Assembly: GCA_027488785.1 (NCBI GenBank)
Contig: JAIYAY010000003.1
Coordinates: forward strand, 44,168 to 76,167
Length of the DNA: 32,000 nucleotides
From: Sphingomonadales bacterium
GTDB lineage: Bacteria > Pseudomonadota > Alphaproteobacteria > Sphingomonadales > Sphingomonadaceae
Reading direction: 5' to 3'
The translations under genes and the position numbers were made by a program. Positions 15,889 to 24,961 of this stretch are shown piece after piece. The number at the start of each line of letters is the position of its first letter. The first letter of the stretch is position 1. A model generated the notes under the pieces. The model had not been told where the DNA came from. It did not search any database and was given only the letters and a program-made list of their open reading frames with translations.

Positions 15889-17445
15889 ATGCCATTAGCA
15901 TTTACCATTTACGACTGGGGCATATTGTTGGCTTATGTCGCCTTGCTGGCTTTGGCCGGCTATCAGGCGACACGGCGGACCAAAACGGCGGATGACTATT
16001 TCCTTGCTGGCCATCATGCGCCGGTCTGGCTGGTTGCGGTCTCGGTTCTATCGACGATGCAGTCTGCGGCAACATTTCTTGGCGCTCCCGATAACAGCTA
16101 TCGCGGCGATTATAGCTATCTCACAAGTAACTTCGCCGCGATCATTGCGGCTTTTCTTGTCGCCCGTTTCCTGATCCCTCGATTTTACGCAATCGGTGCA
16201 ACCACCGTGTATGAGCTGCTGGAAACACGTTTCGATGCGACGGCAAGACGCGCAGCGGCGGGAATGTATCTTGTCGGCCGGATCTTGGCGAGCGGCGCGC
16301 GGCTGTATCTTGCCGCTATTGCGGTTTCGATGATCATCTTCCTGGATGTCCAGCCTCAACAAATCATTATCGCGTCTGCGGTGCTTGTCGTCTTCGGCAT
16401 TGCCTTCACACTGTTCGGCGGGCTGAATGCCGTCATCTGGAGCGATCTGGTGCAGGTCGTGCTCTATCTCGGCGGTGCGCTACTGGTGCTCATTTTTTTG
16501 CTGGTGAAGATCCCCGCACCCGCGCCCGAAATCTGGGCAGCGCTGCAATCTGCTCCGGACGGAATGGACAAGCTCCGTTTGTTTGACTGGTCGTTCGACT
16601 TTAGCAAGCCGTTTACTGTTTGGGCGATCCTGACCGGGCTGGTGCTGCTCAATATCGGTAATGCTGGGCTCGATCAGGACACAACGCAGCGCTTCCTGGC
16701 CTGCGAAAATGCGGCATCGGGCAAACGCGCGCTTTATGCGAGCATGTGGGCGGCAATACCTGTGGTAGCTTTATTCATGGCGATAGGATCGCTGCTCCAC
16801 ATCTTCTACAACCGTCCCGACCTGATGGGCGTGAGTGTTGGCGCGACCAACGCGTTCGCCGGCGAAAAAATCACCGTCTTCATGTCGTTCATTCTATCCG
16901 AAATCCCGCCCGGTTTGCGCGGGTTGGTCACTGTCGGCGTCATCGCCGCGGCTGCCATCAATTCCGGACTGATCTCGATGTCGGCGGTGGTCGTGAACGA
17001 TTTTTACCGGCCGTGGCTTGAGCGGCGTGGCGCCCCTTCAACCGAGCAGCATATTGTCAACGCCGGACGCATGACAATGATATTGCTGGCTTTAGCGTTG
17101 TTCGCGATGTCGATATTGTGCTTCTACTGGCAGCGTTATAGCGACACGCCTTTGCTCGAATTTGTGCTCGGCGTCATGGTCTTTGCATATTCGGGCTTGC
17201 TGGGGGTCTATGGCACCGTGGTGTTTACGAAACGTGGGGCGACATGGTCGGTGATCGCCGCGCTGCTGGCCGGCTTTGTCACAATCCTGCTGCAGCAGCA
17301 TTATGTCGTGGACAGTCTTGGTCTGCCAACGGCGTGGAAGGCGCTGGCCTTCCCATGGCAGTTATGTATCGGGACGGTGGTTGCGTTTTGTGTGTGCCAG
17401 TTAGGCAAAACAAAAGGGCCAGGGTTGCCCCCGGCCCTCTCGTAA
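15889..17445 (+). CDS. sodium:solute symporter (SSS family)
   Basis: 518 aa multi-TM protein: GYQATRRTKTADDYFLAGHHAPVWLVAVSVLSTMQSAATFLGAPDNSY...WAILTGLVLLNIGNAGLDQDTTQRFLACENAASGKRALYASMW. Confidence 0.9.
   Translation: MPLAFTIYDWGILLAYVALLALAGYQATRRTKTADDYFLAGHHAPVWLVAVSVLSTMQSAATFLGAPDNSYRGDYSYLTSNFAAIIAAFLVARFLIPRFYAIGATTVYELLETRFDATARRAAAGMYLVGRILASGARLYLAAIAVSMIIFLDVQPQQIIIASAVLVVFGIAFTLFGGLNAVIWSDLVQVVLYLGGALLVLIFLLVKIPAPAPEIWAALQSAPDGMDKLRLFDWSFDFSKPFTVWAILTGLVLLNIGNAGLDQDTTQRFLACENAASGKRALYASMWAAIPVVALFMAIGSLLHIFYNRPDLMGVSVGATNAFAGEKITVFMSFILSEIPPGLRGLVTVGVIAAAAINSGLISMSAVVVNDFYRPWLERRGAPSTEQHIVNAGRMTMILLALALFAMSILCFYWQRYSDTPLLEFVLGVMVFAYSGLLGVYGTVVFTKRGATWSVIAALLAGFVTILLQQHYVVDSLGLPTAWKALAFPWQLCIGTVVAFCVCQLGKTKGPGLPPALS
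17415..17438 (-). terminator. rho-independent terminator for rplK-rplA, inside the 3' end of the symporter CDS
   Basis: Minus strand AGGGCCGGGGGCAACCCTGGCCCT, followed by TTTGTTTTG; located downstream of the rplA stop (17463). Confidence 0.75.
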
Positions 17446-17462
17446 TTCGCAAATCACTTGGC

Positions 17463-18158
17463 TTATACGCCAGCGACGTCTGCCAGATCGATCTTGAGGC
17501 CTGGGCCCATCGACGAACTGATCGCCACGCGGCGGACATATTTGCCCTTTGAACCGCTTGGCTTGTTCTTGATGACGGCATCGACCAATGCGTCGAAATT
17601 CTTGCGCAGGTCGGAATCGGAGAAGCTCTTCTTACCGATGCCGCTGTGGATGATGCCTTGCTTTTCAACGCGGAACTCAACCTGACCGGCTTTTGCCGCC
17701 TTAACGGCTTCAGCGACGTCGATGGTGACGGTTCCAAGCTTTGGATTCGGCATCAGGCCCTTTGGACCCAAGGTCTTACCCAAGCGGCCAACGATGCCCA
17801 TCATGTCCGGCGTTGCAATGACGCGGTCATAATCGAGATTGCCAGCCAGCATGTCTTCCATCAGGTCTTCCGCGCCGACCTTGTCAGCACCAGCAGCGGT
17901 TGCTGCAGTCGCCTTGTCGCCACGTGCGAACACAGCAACCTTCATTTCCTTACCGGTACCAGCAGGAAGCGAAACCATGCCGCGCACCATTTGGTCAGCA
18001 TGACGTGGGTCAACGCCCAAGTTCATCGCGACTTCGATGGTTTCGTCAAATTTGGCGGTCGCCAATTCCTTGATGGTCTTCAGCGCTTCATCAACGCTGT
18101 ACAACTTTTCAGCATCGAGATGCGCGAGCGACTTTGCTTTTTTGGTTAGTTTGCCCAT
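17463..18158 (-). CDS. rplA: 50S ribosomal protein L1
   Basis: [70 protein letters not shown]... Confidence 0.99.
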   Translation of the reverse strand: MGKLTKKAKSLAHLDAEKLYSVDEALKTIKELATAKFDETIEVAMNLGVDPRHADQMVRGMVSLPAGTGKEMKVAVFARGDKATAATAAGADKVGAEDLMEDMLAGNLDYDRVIATPDMMGIVGRLGKTLGPKGLMPNPKLGTVTIDVAEAVKAAKAGQVEFRVEKQGIIHSGIGKKSFSDSDLRKNFDALVDAVIKNKPSGSKGKYVRRVAISSSMGPGLKIDLADVAGV

Positions 18159-18162
18159 GTTC

Positions 18163-18594
18163 TCAACCCTCCACGACTTCGAGGCCCATGGCGATAGCCG
18201 AGCCTGCGATGATTTTTACTGCCGCGTCCATGTCGTTCGCGTTGAGGTCGGCCATTTTAAGGGTTGCGACTTCTTCCAGTTGCTTGCGGGTAATCTTACC
18301 AGCCGACAATTTGCCTGGCTCCTTCGAACCGGACTTCAAACCGAGAACCTTCTTGATCAGATAGGTTGCAGGCGGTGACTTCATGACGAAGGTAAAGCTC
18401 TTATCAGCAAATACCGTGATCTTCGTTGGAATGGGCGTGCCTTTTTCCATGTCGGCGGTCGCCGCATTGAACTGCTTGCAGAATTCCATGATGTTCACGC
18501 CGCGCTGACCCAAAGCAGGGCCGATTGGCGGGGATGGTGTGGCTGAACCTGCAGGAACTTGCAGGCCGATATAGCCGTCAATTTTCTTTGCCAT
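18163..18594 (-). CDS. rplK: 50S ribosomal protein L11
   Basis: [69 protein letters not shown]. Start set at 18594; the track ORF extends upstream. Confidence 0.99.
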   Translation of the reverse strand: MAKKIDGYIGLQVPAGSATPSPPIGPALGQRGVNIMEFCKQFNAATADMEKGTPIPTKITVFADKSFTFVMKSPPATYLIKKVLGLKSGSKEPGKLSAGKITRKQLEEVATLKMADLNANDMDAAVKIIAGSAIAMGLEVVEG

Positions 18595-18769
18595 ATATGG
18601 CGTCCTTTCATTCTTTCCCCGAAATTGCCGGAACAACAACGGGTCAAATTAAGCGGTCAAACAGTCGCGTCCAAATAGCTTTGGTAGCAACCTCCCGCAC
18701 GGGTTCTTCTGATTCTCATCAGGAGAGGGGGGCGAATAGTCTAACGCGACGCTTAAATCAACAATCTCG

Positions 18770-18856
18770 TCACCCTGAACTTGGTTCAGAGTCTATCGTG
18801 CTAAGCAGACCGAACATTAGAAACGAGAAATGGACCCTGAAACAAGTTCAGGGTGA
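18770..18856. repeat. inverted-repeat element between nusG and rplK
   Basis: TCACCCTGAACTTGGTTCAG (18770-18789) against CTGAAACAAGTTCAGGGTGA (18837-18856), 19/20 complementary. Confidence 0.8.
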
Positions 18857-18871
18857 TGGTTGTTTGGACCA

Positions 18872-19426
18872 TCACTTCATCAATTCAACTTCTTCAAAGT
18901 CGAGCTCTACCGGCGTTGCGCGGCCGAAGATGCTGACCGATACCTTCACGCGGTTCTTGTCGAAGTCGAGTTCTTCGACCAAGCCGTTGAAGCTTGCAAA
19001 TGGTCCGCCAAGAACCTTGACCTGATCGCCAATTTCATAGTCGACCGAAACGCGCTTTTTGGGTGCGGCTTCGAGTTCCTGCTTCGTGTTAAGGATGCGG
19101 GCGGCTTCGGCTTCGGTGATGGGCTGTGGCTTATTACCCGCGCCCAGGAATCCAGTGACCTTTGGTGTGTTCTTCACCAAGTGATACACATCATCGTTCA
19201 TGTTCAGCTTTGCCAGAACATAACCAGGGAAGAATTTCCGCTCTGCCTTGATCTTCTTGCCGCGACGCACTTCGGTAACCTGTTCAGTCGGAACCTCGAC
19301 AGCCTCGACCAATTGCGAAAGGCCGATGCGCTCCGCCTCTGCCAAAATCTGGTCACGGACCTTGTTTTCAAAGCCCGAATAAGCGTGAATGATGTACCAG
19401 CGTGCCATAATTATTTCTTTTCCCAA
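18872..19426 (-). CDS. nusG: transcription termination/antitermination protein NusG
   Basis: [26 protein letters not shown]...[32 protein letters not shown]...[36 protein letters not shown]. The ATG is at 19408; the track ORF starts earlier ([10 protein letters not shown]). Confidence 0.98.
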   Translation of the reverse strand: MGKEIIMARWYIIHAYSGFENKVRDQILAEAERIGLSQLVEAVEVPTEQVTEVRRGKKIKAERKFFPGYVLAKLNMNDDVYHLVKNTPKVTGFLGAGNKPQPITEAEAARILNTKQELEAAPKKRVSVDYEIGDQVKVLGGPFASFNGLVEELDFDKNRVKVSVSIFGRATPVELDFEEVELMK

Positions 19427-19448
19427 AAACTCTCTGTAGCGGCTTATT

Positions 19449-19649
19449 TTAGCCTTCGGCGAGCGAGAGCAGTCCCTTTACGATTGCGGCAAATACCGCG
19501 TCGACGCCTAAAAAGAAGATGGCAAGGATGATCGTCATGATCAACACCATGATCGCGGTCTGCACGGTTTCCTGCCTTGTCGGCCATACTACCTTGCCGA
19601 TTTCGGTCCGCACCTGACGGATGAATTCACCGGGGCTATTCTTTGCCAT
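19449..19649 (-). CDS. secE: preprotein translocase subunit SecE
   Basis: 66 aa: MAKNSPGEFIRQVRTEIGKVVWPTRQETVQTAIMVLIMTIILAIFFLGVDAVFAAIVKGLLSL. Confidence 0.97.
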   Translation of the reverse strand: MAKNSPGEFIRQVRTEIGKVVWPTRQETVQTAIMVLIMTIILAIFFLGVDAVFAAIVKGLLSLAEG

Positions 19650-19879
19650 ATCGTTTCTTCCTGTTCGATCCCGAGGATAGCCGCCAGCGCTCCGACCGGC
19701 GGGTCGAGAGCGATATAGGTTCCTGTTTCGGAAAGACTAGGCCTTTAGCGATGGATTCGGCCTGAGGCAAGTATGTTTAGGAAAGCCCGTTGGCCACAGG
19801 AACGATATTGAAGTGCCTTGAACTATCGGGCTTTTGGGTTATCTCCCTCAAGCTCAATCTTGCCAAGGAAACACCCCAA

Positions 19880-20785
19880 ATGCCATCCGGTCTCGCTGCT
19901 TTACTCGACGATATCGCTACCATTGCAAAAGTGGCGGCCGCTTCTGTGGATGATGTTGCTGCCGCAGCGGGTAAGGCGGGAAGCAAAGCCGCAGGGGTCG
20001 TCATCGACGATACAGCCGTGACGCCGCAATATGTCACAGGCTTTACCCCCGATCGCGAATTGCCGATCATCTGGCGCATTGCCAAGGGGTCATTCTTCAA
20101 CAAGCTGGTGATCATCTTGCCTGTGGCGCTGCTTTTGAGCTTGTTCCTGCCATGGGCGATCACGCCGATTCTGATGCTCGGTGGCGCTTATCTTTGCTTT
20201 GAAGGCGCGGAAAAAGTGTGGGAAAAAATTGCCCCGCATGAAGAAGAGAATCTGCTTGAGGAACTCGCAGAGCTGACAAGCACCGAACATGAGGCCGCAA
20301 TGGTAAAAGGCGCCGTGCGTACCGATTTCATCTTGTCCGCCGAAATCATGGCGATTGCCCTCAATGAAGTAAAAAGTCTTGCGGAAACATCGATTTGGTT
20401 GGAGGCGGGTACCCTGGCCTTTGTCGCTATCGCGGTCACCATTGGGGTCTATGGCGTGGTTGGCCTGATCGTCAAAATGGACGATATCGGCCTGAAGATG
20501 GCCGGACGCGAAAATGGCGCGGCACAAGCCATTGGTCGCGGACTGGTAAAGGGCATGCCTAAATTGCTTGCGGCCTTGTCCACCATCGGCACTGCGGCCA
20601 TGCTATGGGTCGGCGGCCAGATCATCGTCCACGGCTTTGGCATCCATCCAGCGGAGTTTCTCGGCCTCTATGAAGGCGCTTTGGCATGGGTCGCAGATGC
20701 AACATTGAGCGGGGTTGCCGGTCTTGCCATCGGCGCGGTGATTGTGTGGGTGTATCACATAGTTACCAAGCGCAAGGCGCATTGA
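19880..20785 (+). CDS. DUF808 family membrane protein
   Basis: MPSGLAALLDDIATIAKVAAASVDDVAAAAGKAGSKAAGVVIDDTAVTPQYVTGFTPDRELPIIWRIAKGSFFNKLVIILPVALLLSLFLPWAITPILMLGGAYLCFEGAEKV; several hydrophobic segments. Start at 19880. Confidence 0.88.
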   Translation: MPSGLAALLDDIATIAKVAAASVDDVAAAAGKAGSKAAGVVIDDTAVTPQYVTGFTPDRELPIIWRIAKGSFFNKLVIILPVALLLSLFLPWAITPILMLGGAYLCFEGAEKVWEKIAPHEEENLLEELAELTSTEHEAAMVKGAVRTDFILSAEIMAIALNEVKSLAETSIWLEAGTLAFVAIAVTIGVYGVVGLIVKMDDIGLKMAGRENGAAQAIGRGLVKGMPKLLAALSTIGTAAMLWVGGQIIVHGFGIHPAEFLGLYEGALAWVADATLSGVAGLAIGAVIVWVYHIVTKRKAH

Positions 20786-20821
20786 TCGAACCCACTCACC
20801 ATTTCTAACAATTTAAGAAAA

Positions 20822-20897
20822 TGGCAGGAGTTGGGGGACTCGAACCCACGACCCTCGGTTTTGGAGACCGATGCTCTACCAACTGAGCTAAACTCCT
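20822..20897 (-). tRNA. tRNA-Trp (anticodon CCA)
   Basis: Minus strand AGGAGTTTAGCTCAGTTGGTAGAGCATCGGTCTCCAAAACCGAGGGTCGTGGGTTCGAGTCCCCCAACTCCTGCCA: 76 nt with encoded CCA, complementary acceptor stem, CTCCAAA anticodon loop and GGTTCGAG T-loop. Confidence 0.97.
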
Positions 20898-20943
20898 GCA
20901 CTTCGTTTTTCAGCGAAGAAGGGTGCCCTTAACCCCGATATGC

Positions 20944-20981
20944 GAACGGGGCAAGTCTGCTTTCGCAAACCCGCCCCGTTC
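20944..20981. terminator. hairpin downstream of the TonB-dependent receptor gene, possible terminator
   Basis: GAACGGGGC (20944-20952) pairs with GCCCCGTTC (20973-20981); no strong T-tract. Confidence 0.45.
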
Positions 20982-21001
20982 TTAGCGCATATTCTTTGAA
21001 T

Positions 21002-23344
21002 TTAGAACTTGAACCCAGCTTCAATGCCCCAGACGCGGGGTTCGTTGACGAAGCCGGTCAGGTTGTTGAAGTCGATACCGCCGACAGCCGACGTGTCCTT
21101 GGTGATATTGCGGACGAAAGCCGAAATATCGAATGCGTCGGTTTTATAGCCAACGCGTAAGCCGCCTTCGAGCATATGCTTGTCTTGGAATTCAACCGAT
21201 TCATACAAGAAGAAGTTGATCTTCGAACGATAGGCCCAATCGGTGAAGGCATAGACTTCGCCATTTCCAACAGGAACGCCATAGCGTGCGGTCCAGTTGG
21301 CGATCCATTTGGGGCTCTGCGGCAGGCTGTTGCCATCGATGTTGACGATAGCAGCGGAGAAAGGCGCTGCGGCAACGACGATTGGGTCAAGCGGGGTGCA
21401 CAAGGATACGTTCGGGAACGTATCAACGCGCGTTGCGCCGCAGGCTGCGGTGGTCAGGCCCGTGTCCTGAATGCTGGTGTTGTTGTAGCTCAAGCCAGCG
21501 GTCAGCAATAATTGCGGCACAGGCTTGAATTCTACATCAGCTTCAAAACCATAGCCACGGACCATGTCGGCATTGATCAAGCGATTGGCGTTTACGCCGC
21601 CTCCGACTGCCGTCAATTGCGCATCTTTCAACTCATAATAGAAGCCGTTTACGTTGAAACGGGCACGTCCATCGAGCAAGGTCGACTTGATGCCGCTTTC
21701 ATAGGAGGTGATCGTTTCCGACTTGCCAACGGTTACGCCGCTTTCCAACGGAGTAGCAGTTGCTGGCGGGAACAGGATGCGGCCCTGAATCGATGGCGCG
21801 CGGTAGCCACGGGCCACACGGGCATAGAGATTTACATCATCGGAGGCCGCATAAGTTCCGCTCAGATCCCACGTCAGGTTGTTGTCGCTGACATCACGGC
21901 GCACCGTGCCAAGCGGGTTTCGAAGGAAGCCGGGGAACTGGCTGTCCTTGCTACGCACGGCGACAAAGTCACGCTTGTCATCATTGTAACGTAAGCCACC
22001 GGTGACGCTGAACTGATCATTCAGTTGGTAGGTCATCGAACCGAACAGGCCATAAGCCTTGCTGTTCTGAACCTGCGAGACAAGAATGTTGACGCCATCG
22101 GCGGCGTTGCTCGGGTCACCTAGCGTTGAGTAGTTTTCCGAAACGATCTCGAGTTCTTCGTCAAAATAGAAGACGCCGGCCTGATAGCTCAAGGGGCCGT
22201 CATTGTTGCTCGCGATGCGGAATTCTTGTGTGAACTGCGTCAGATTTGGCACGCTGTCACGTGTTTCGGCAGTAAACGGAATTTCGCCTGGACCATAAAG
22301 GTTGCGTGGCAAGAAGTTTGCACCAAAGCCGCCGTCGACGTCACCAACCGAGGTTGCATCCCCCTCCCAATAGCTGGTGACCGAAATGAGCGACACAGGG
22401 CCAGCATCATAGGTCATGCGTGCGGACATATTTTGCGTGTCGACGCGTTGTTGGTTCTTCCCGTCGGTGGATATGCGATACCGGTTAAAGTTCGCGTTCA
22501 GACCTTCTTTGCCGCGAGTGAACACATTGGCACGGAATACACGTGCCGTGCCATCCAACGAGCGGAACTGGCCAGTCATCAAAATGTCGAAATCATCGCT
22601 TGGCTTGATCAGGAACTGCACGCGCGCGGCATATTCCTTATAGCCTTCAAAGGCGTCCTTTGTGGTCTTAGCGGGGAGGACATTGTCGACATAATCGTCC
22701 TGGCGTTGGTACATGCCCGACACGCGGACACTCACTTTTTCGCCCAAAGGACCGCCAAAAGCGCCTTCAACGTTTACTGCGTTGAAGCGGCCATAGGAAA
22801 TTTTGCCGTAGCCACCAGCAACATCGCTTGGCTTCACGCTGTCGAACTTGACGATACCAGCGGTGGTGTTGCGGCCAAACAAGGTGCCTTGTGGTCCACG
22901 CAATACTTCGACACGCTCCATGTCAAAAATAGGGAAGCCCTTAAGGATAGGGTTTTCCAGCACGACATCATCATAGATCAAGCTGACAGGTTGCGATGCG
23001 TTGAAGTCAAAATCGGTGTTGCCAAGGCCGCGAATATAGAAACGCGGGAAGGTGCGACCAAAGGAGGATTCCACCAACAGGCTGGGTACGCGACCTGACA
23101 TGCCGCGAATATCGACGCCACCTGCGGTAAGTGCACCAAGCTGGTCCCCGCTGACAGCGGTAACGGACAATGGCACATCCTGCAGATTTTCTTCGCGACG
23201 CTGTGCAGTAACGACGATTTCACCCAAAGCTGCACTGTTTTGTGCGGTTTCGTCCTGCGCATAAGCGGCAGGTGCAATGAAAATGCTAGTAGTAGCAACC
23301 GCGATAGCGGCGCTGGATGTCAACAGTGAGCGTATCGAACGCAT
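21002..23344 (-). CDS. TonB-dependent receptor
   Basis: 780 aa: signal peptide ...APAAYAQDETAQ, TonB-box-like GEIVVTAQRREENLQDVPLSVTAVSG, plug MERVEVLRGPQGTLFGRNTTAG, C-terminal NEPRVWGIEAGFKF. Confidence 0.96.
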   Translation of the reverse strand: MRSIRSLLTSSAAIAVATTSIFIAPAAYAQDETAQNSAALGEIVVTAQRREENLQDVPLSVTAVSGDQLGALTAGGVDIRGMSGRVPSLLVESSFGRTFPRFYIRGLGNTDFDFNASQPVSLIYDDVVLENPILKGFPIFDMERVEVLRGPQGTLFGRNTTAGIVKFDSVKPSDVAGGYGKISYGRFNAVNVEGAFGGPLGEKVSVRVSGMYQRQDDYVDNVLPAKTTKDAFEGYKEYAARVQFLIKPSDDFDILMTGQFRSLDGTARVFRANVFTRGKEGLNANFNRYRISTDGKNQQRVDTQNMSARMTYDAGPVSLISVTSYWEGDATSVGDVDGGFGANFLPRNLYGPGEIPFTAETRDSVPNLTQFTQEFRIASNNDGPLSYQAGVFYFDEELEIVSENYSTLGDPSNAADGVNILVSQVQNSKAYGLFGSMTYQLNDQFSVTGGLRYNDDKRDFVAVRSKDSQFPGFLRNPLGTVRRDVSDNNLTWDLSGTYAASDDVNLYARVARGYRAPSIQGRILFPPATATPLESGVTVGKSETITSYESGIKSTLLDGRARFNVNGFYYELKDAQLTAVGGGVNANRLINADMVRGYGFEADVEFKPVPQLLLTAGLSYNNTSIQDTGLTTAACGATRVDTFPNVSLCTPLDPIVVAAAPFSAAIVNIDGNSLPQSPKWIANWTARYGVPVGNGEVYAFTDWAYRSKINFFLYESVEFQDKHMLEGGLRVGYKTDAFDISAFVRNITKDTSAVGGIDFNNLTGFVNEPRVWGIEAGFKF

Positions 23345-23498
23345 AAACTTCTCCTTGATGTGATGAATGCAGGAGGCGGGATCTATGTCGTGCTCCTTTT
23401 ATTCCGCTGCGCGTTTACAATGCTCTGACATAGAATCAACATAGCGTTGCAGCAAAAGCGAAATTTTGCCGAAACTGTTGCAGTTAGGCACTGTGGCG

Positions 23499-24872
23499 TT
23501 AGAAACTCATCTCGTCATAGACGCGTGAGACATCGCCGCCCCATTCGCCGTGATATTTCTCAAGCAAAACCTCTGAAACGGTTTTGCCGCTGGCGACGAT
23601 TTCGCGCAACGGGTCGAGATATCCGGTTTCATTATCGCCGCTGGCGTTCAAGCAGTTGCGCGCGGCCAAGCCCGATGAGGATATGTCGAGGATGCGTCCG
23701 GCCAAATCCAGCAGCTTACCGCCGCCGGGTATCGCGGCGTTCAGGCCTTGCGCCGGCACGGCGTTGCGCAGCGCCTCGCGTTCCTCCATCGTCCAATGCT
23801 TTACCTCGTCCCATGCGGCATCGAGCGCATTTTGGTCGTAGAGCAAGCCGACCCAAAAAGCAGGCAATGCGCAAATGCGGTTCCACGGGCCACCGTCGGC
23901 ACCGCGCATTTCGAGGAAGCTTTTCAACCGAACCTCGGGAAAGGCGGTGGACATATGGTCTTCCCAGTCGCTCACCGTCGGCTTTTCGCCCGGCAATACC
24001 GACAATTCACCCTTTAGGAAGTCGCGGAAATCCAGGCCCGAAGCATCGATATATTTACCGTCGCGATAGACGAAATACATCGGCACTTTCAGCATATAAT
24101 CGACATATTGCTCATAGCCGAAATTGGCATCGAATACGAAAGGCAACATGCCCGTGCGCTGCGGATCGGTGTCGGACCAGATATGGCTGCGGTAGGACAA
24201 GAAGCCGTTTGGCTTGCCTTCCAAAAAGGGCGAATTGGCAAACAATGCGGTGGCAAGCGGCTGCAGCGCCAGCGATGCCCGGAATTTATGCGCCATGTCG
24301 GCTTCGCTCGCATAATCGAGATTGACCTGAATCGTGCAAGTACGCAGCATCATATCAAGGCCCATGCTGCCGACGCGCGGCATATGGCGCAGCATGATGT
24401 CATAACGGCCCTTGGGCATGATTGGCAATTCCGCGCGCGTCTTGTCGGGCCAGAGGCCAAGGCCCAGAAAACTGGTGTTGGTCTTGTCACCAATGGCCTT
24501 GACCTGTTTCAAATGCCGCCCAGTTTCGGCACAGGTTTGGTGCAGATTTTCCAACGGCGCGCCAGACAGTTCAAGTTGCCCGGCGGGTTCAAGGCTGACG
24601 GTGCCGTCGGCGCCGCTCATCGCGATAACCTTGCCATTTTCATATATCGGTTCCCAACCGAATTCGGTCAGCGCCATTAAAAGGTCATGGATACCGCCCG
24701 GTTCATCATAAGACGGGGCATGATGGTCGGCGCGATTATACACGAATTTTTCGTGCTCAGTGCCAATACGCCAGCTGTCCTTGGGCTTTTCGCCCTTGGC
24801 AATGGCAGCGACCAATTGATCGCGCGTTTCGATCACGGGGTCTATGCGGTTTGAAACGGTTTTTGTGCTCAT
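23499..24872 (-). CDS. gshA: glutamate--cysteine ligase (ATP-dependent, plant/alphaproteobacterial type)
   Basis: 457 aa: SWRIGTEHEKFVYNRADHHAPSYDEPGGIHDLL...GQLELSGAPLENLHQT...MLRTCTIQVNLDYASEADMAHKFRASLALQPLATALFANSPF. Confidence 0.93.
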   Translation of the reverse strand: MSTKTVSNRIDPVIETRDQLVAAIAKGEKPKDSWRIGTEHEKFVYNRADHHAPSYDEPGGIHDLLMALTEFGWEPIYENGKVIAMSGADGTVSLEPAGQLELSGAPLENLHQTCAETGRHLKQVKAIGDKTNTSFLGLGLWPDKTRAELPIMPKGRYDIMLRHMPRVGSMGLDMMLRTCTIQVNLDYASEADMAHKFRASLALQPLATALFANSPFLEGKPNGFLSYRSHIWSDTDPQRTGMLPFVFDANFGYEQYVDYMLKVPMYFVYRDGKYIDASGLDFRDFLKGELSVLPGEKPTVSDWEDHMSTAFPEVRLKSFLEMRGADGGPWNRICALPAFWVGLLYDQNALDAAWDEVKHWTMEEREALRNAVPAQGLNAAIPGGGKLLDLAGRILDISSSGLAARNCLNASGDNETGYLDPLREIVASGKTVSEVLLEKYHGEWGGDVSRVYDEMSF

Positions 24873-24961
24873 TGCGGGGGTTTAGAAATGTCGTGGCGAT
24901 ATTGCCAGTAGATTAATGTTATCCCGTTATGCACTATTGAATGGATTGGTCGCGGCGTCAG

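Noticed and set aside
18860-19531. 223-aa plus-strand ORF opposite nusG and secE
   Set aside because: Antisense shadow of two essential conserved genes.
22226-23098. 290-aa plus-strand ORF opposite the TonB-dependent receptor
   Set aside because: Antisense to a strongly supported receptor gene, no recognisable domain, no ribosome-binding site noticed.
23447-24325. 292-aa plus-strand ORF opposite gshA
   Set aside because: Arg/Pro/Ser-rich composition typical of antisense frames in GC-rich genes; fully covered by the well-supported glutamate-cysteine ligase.
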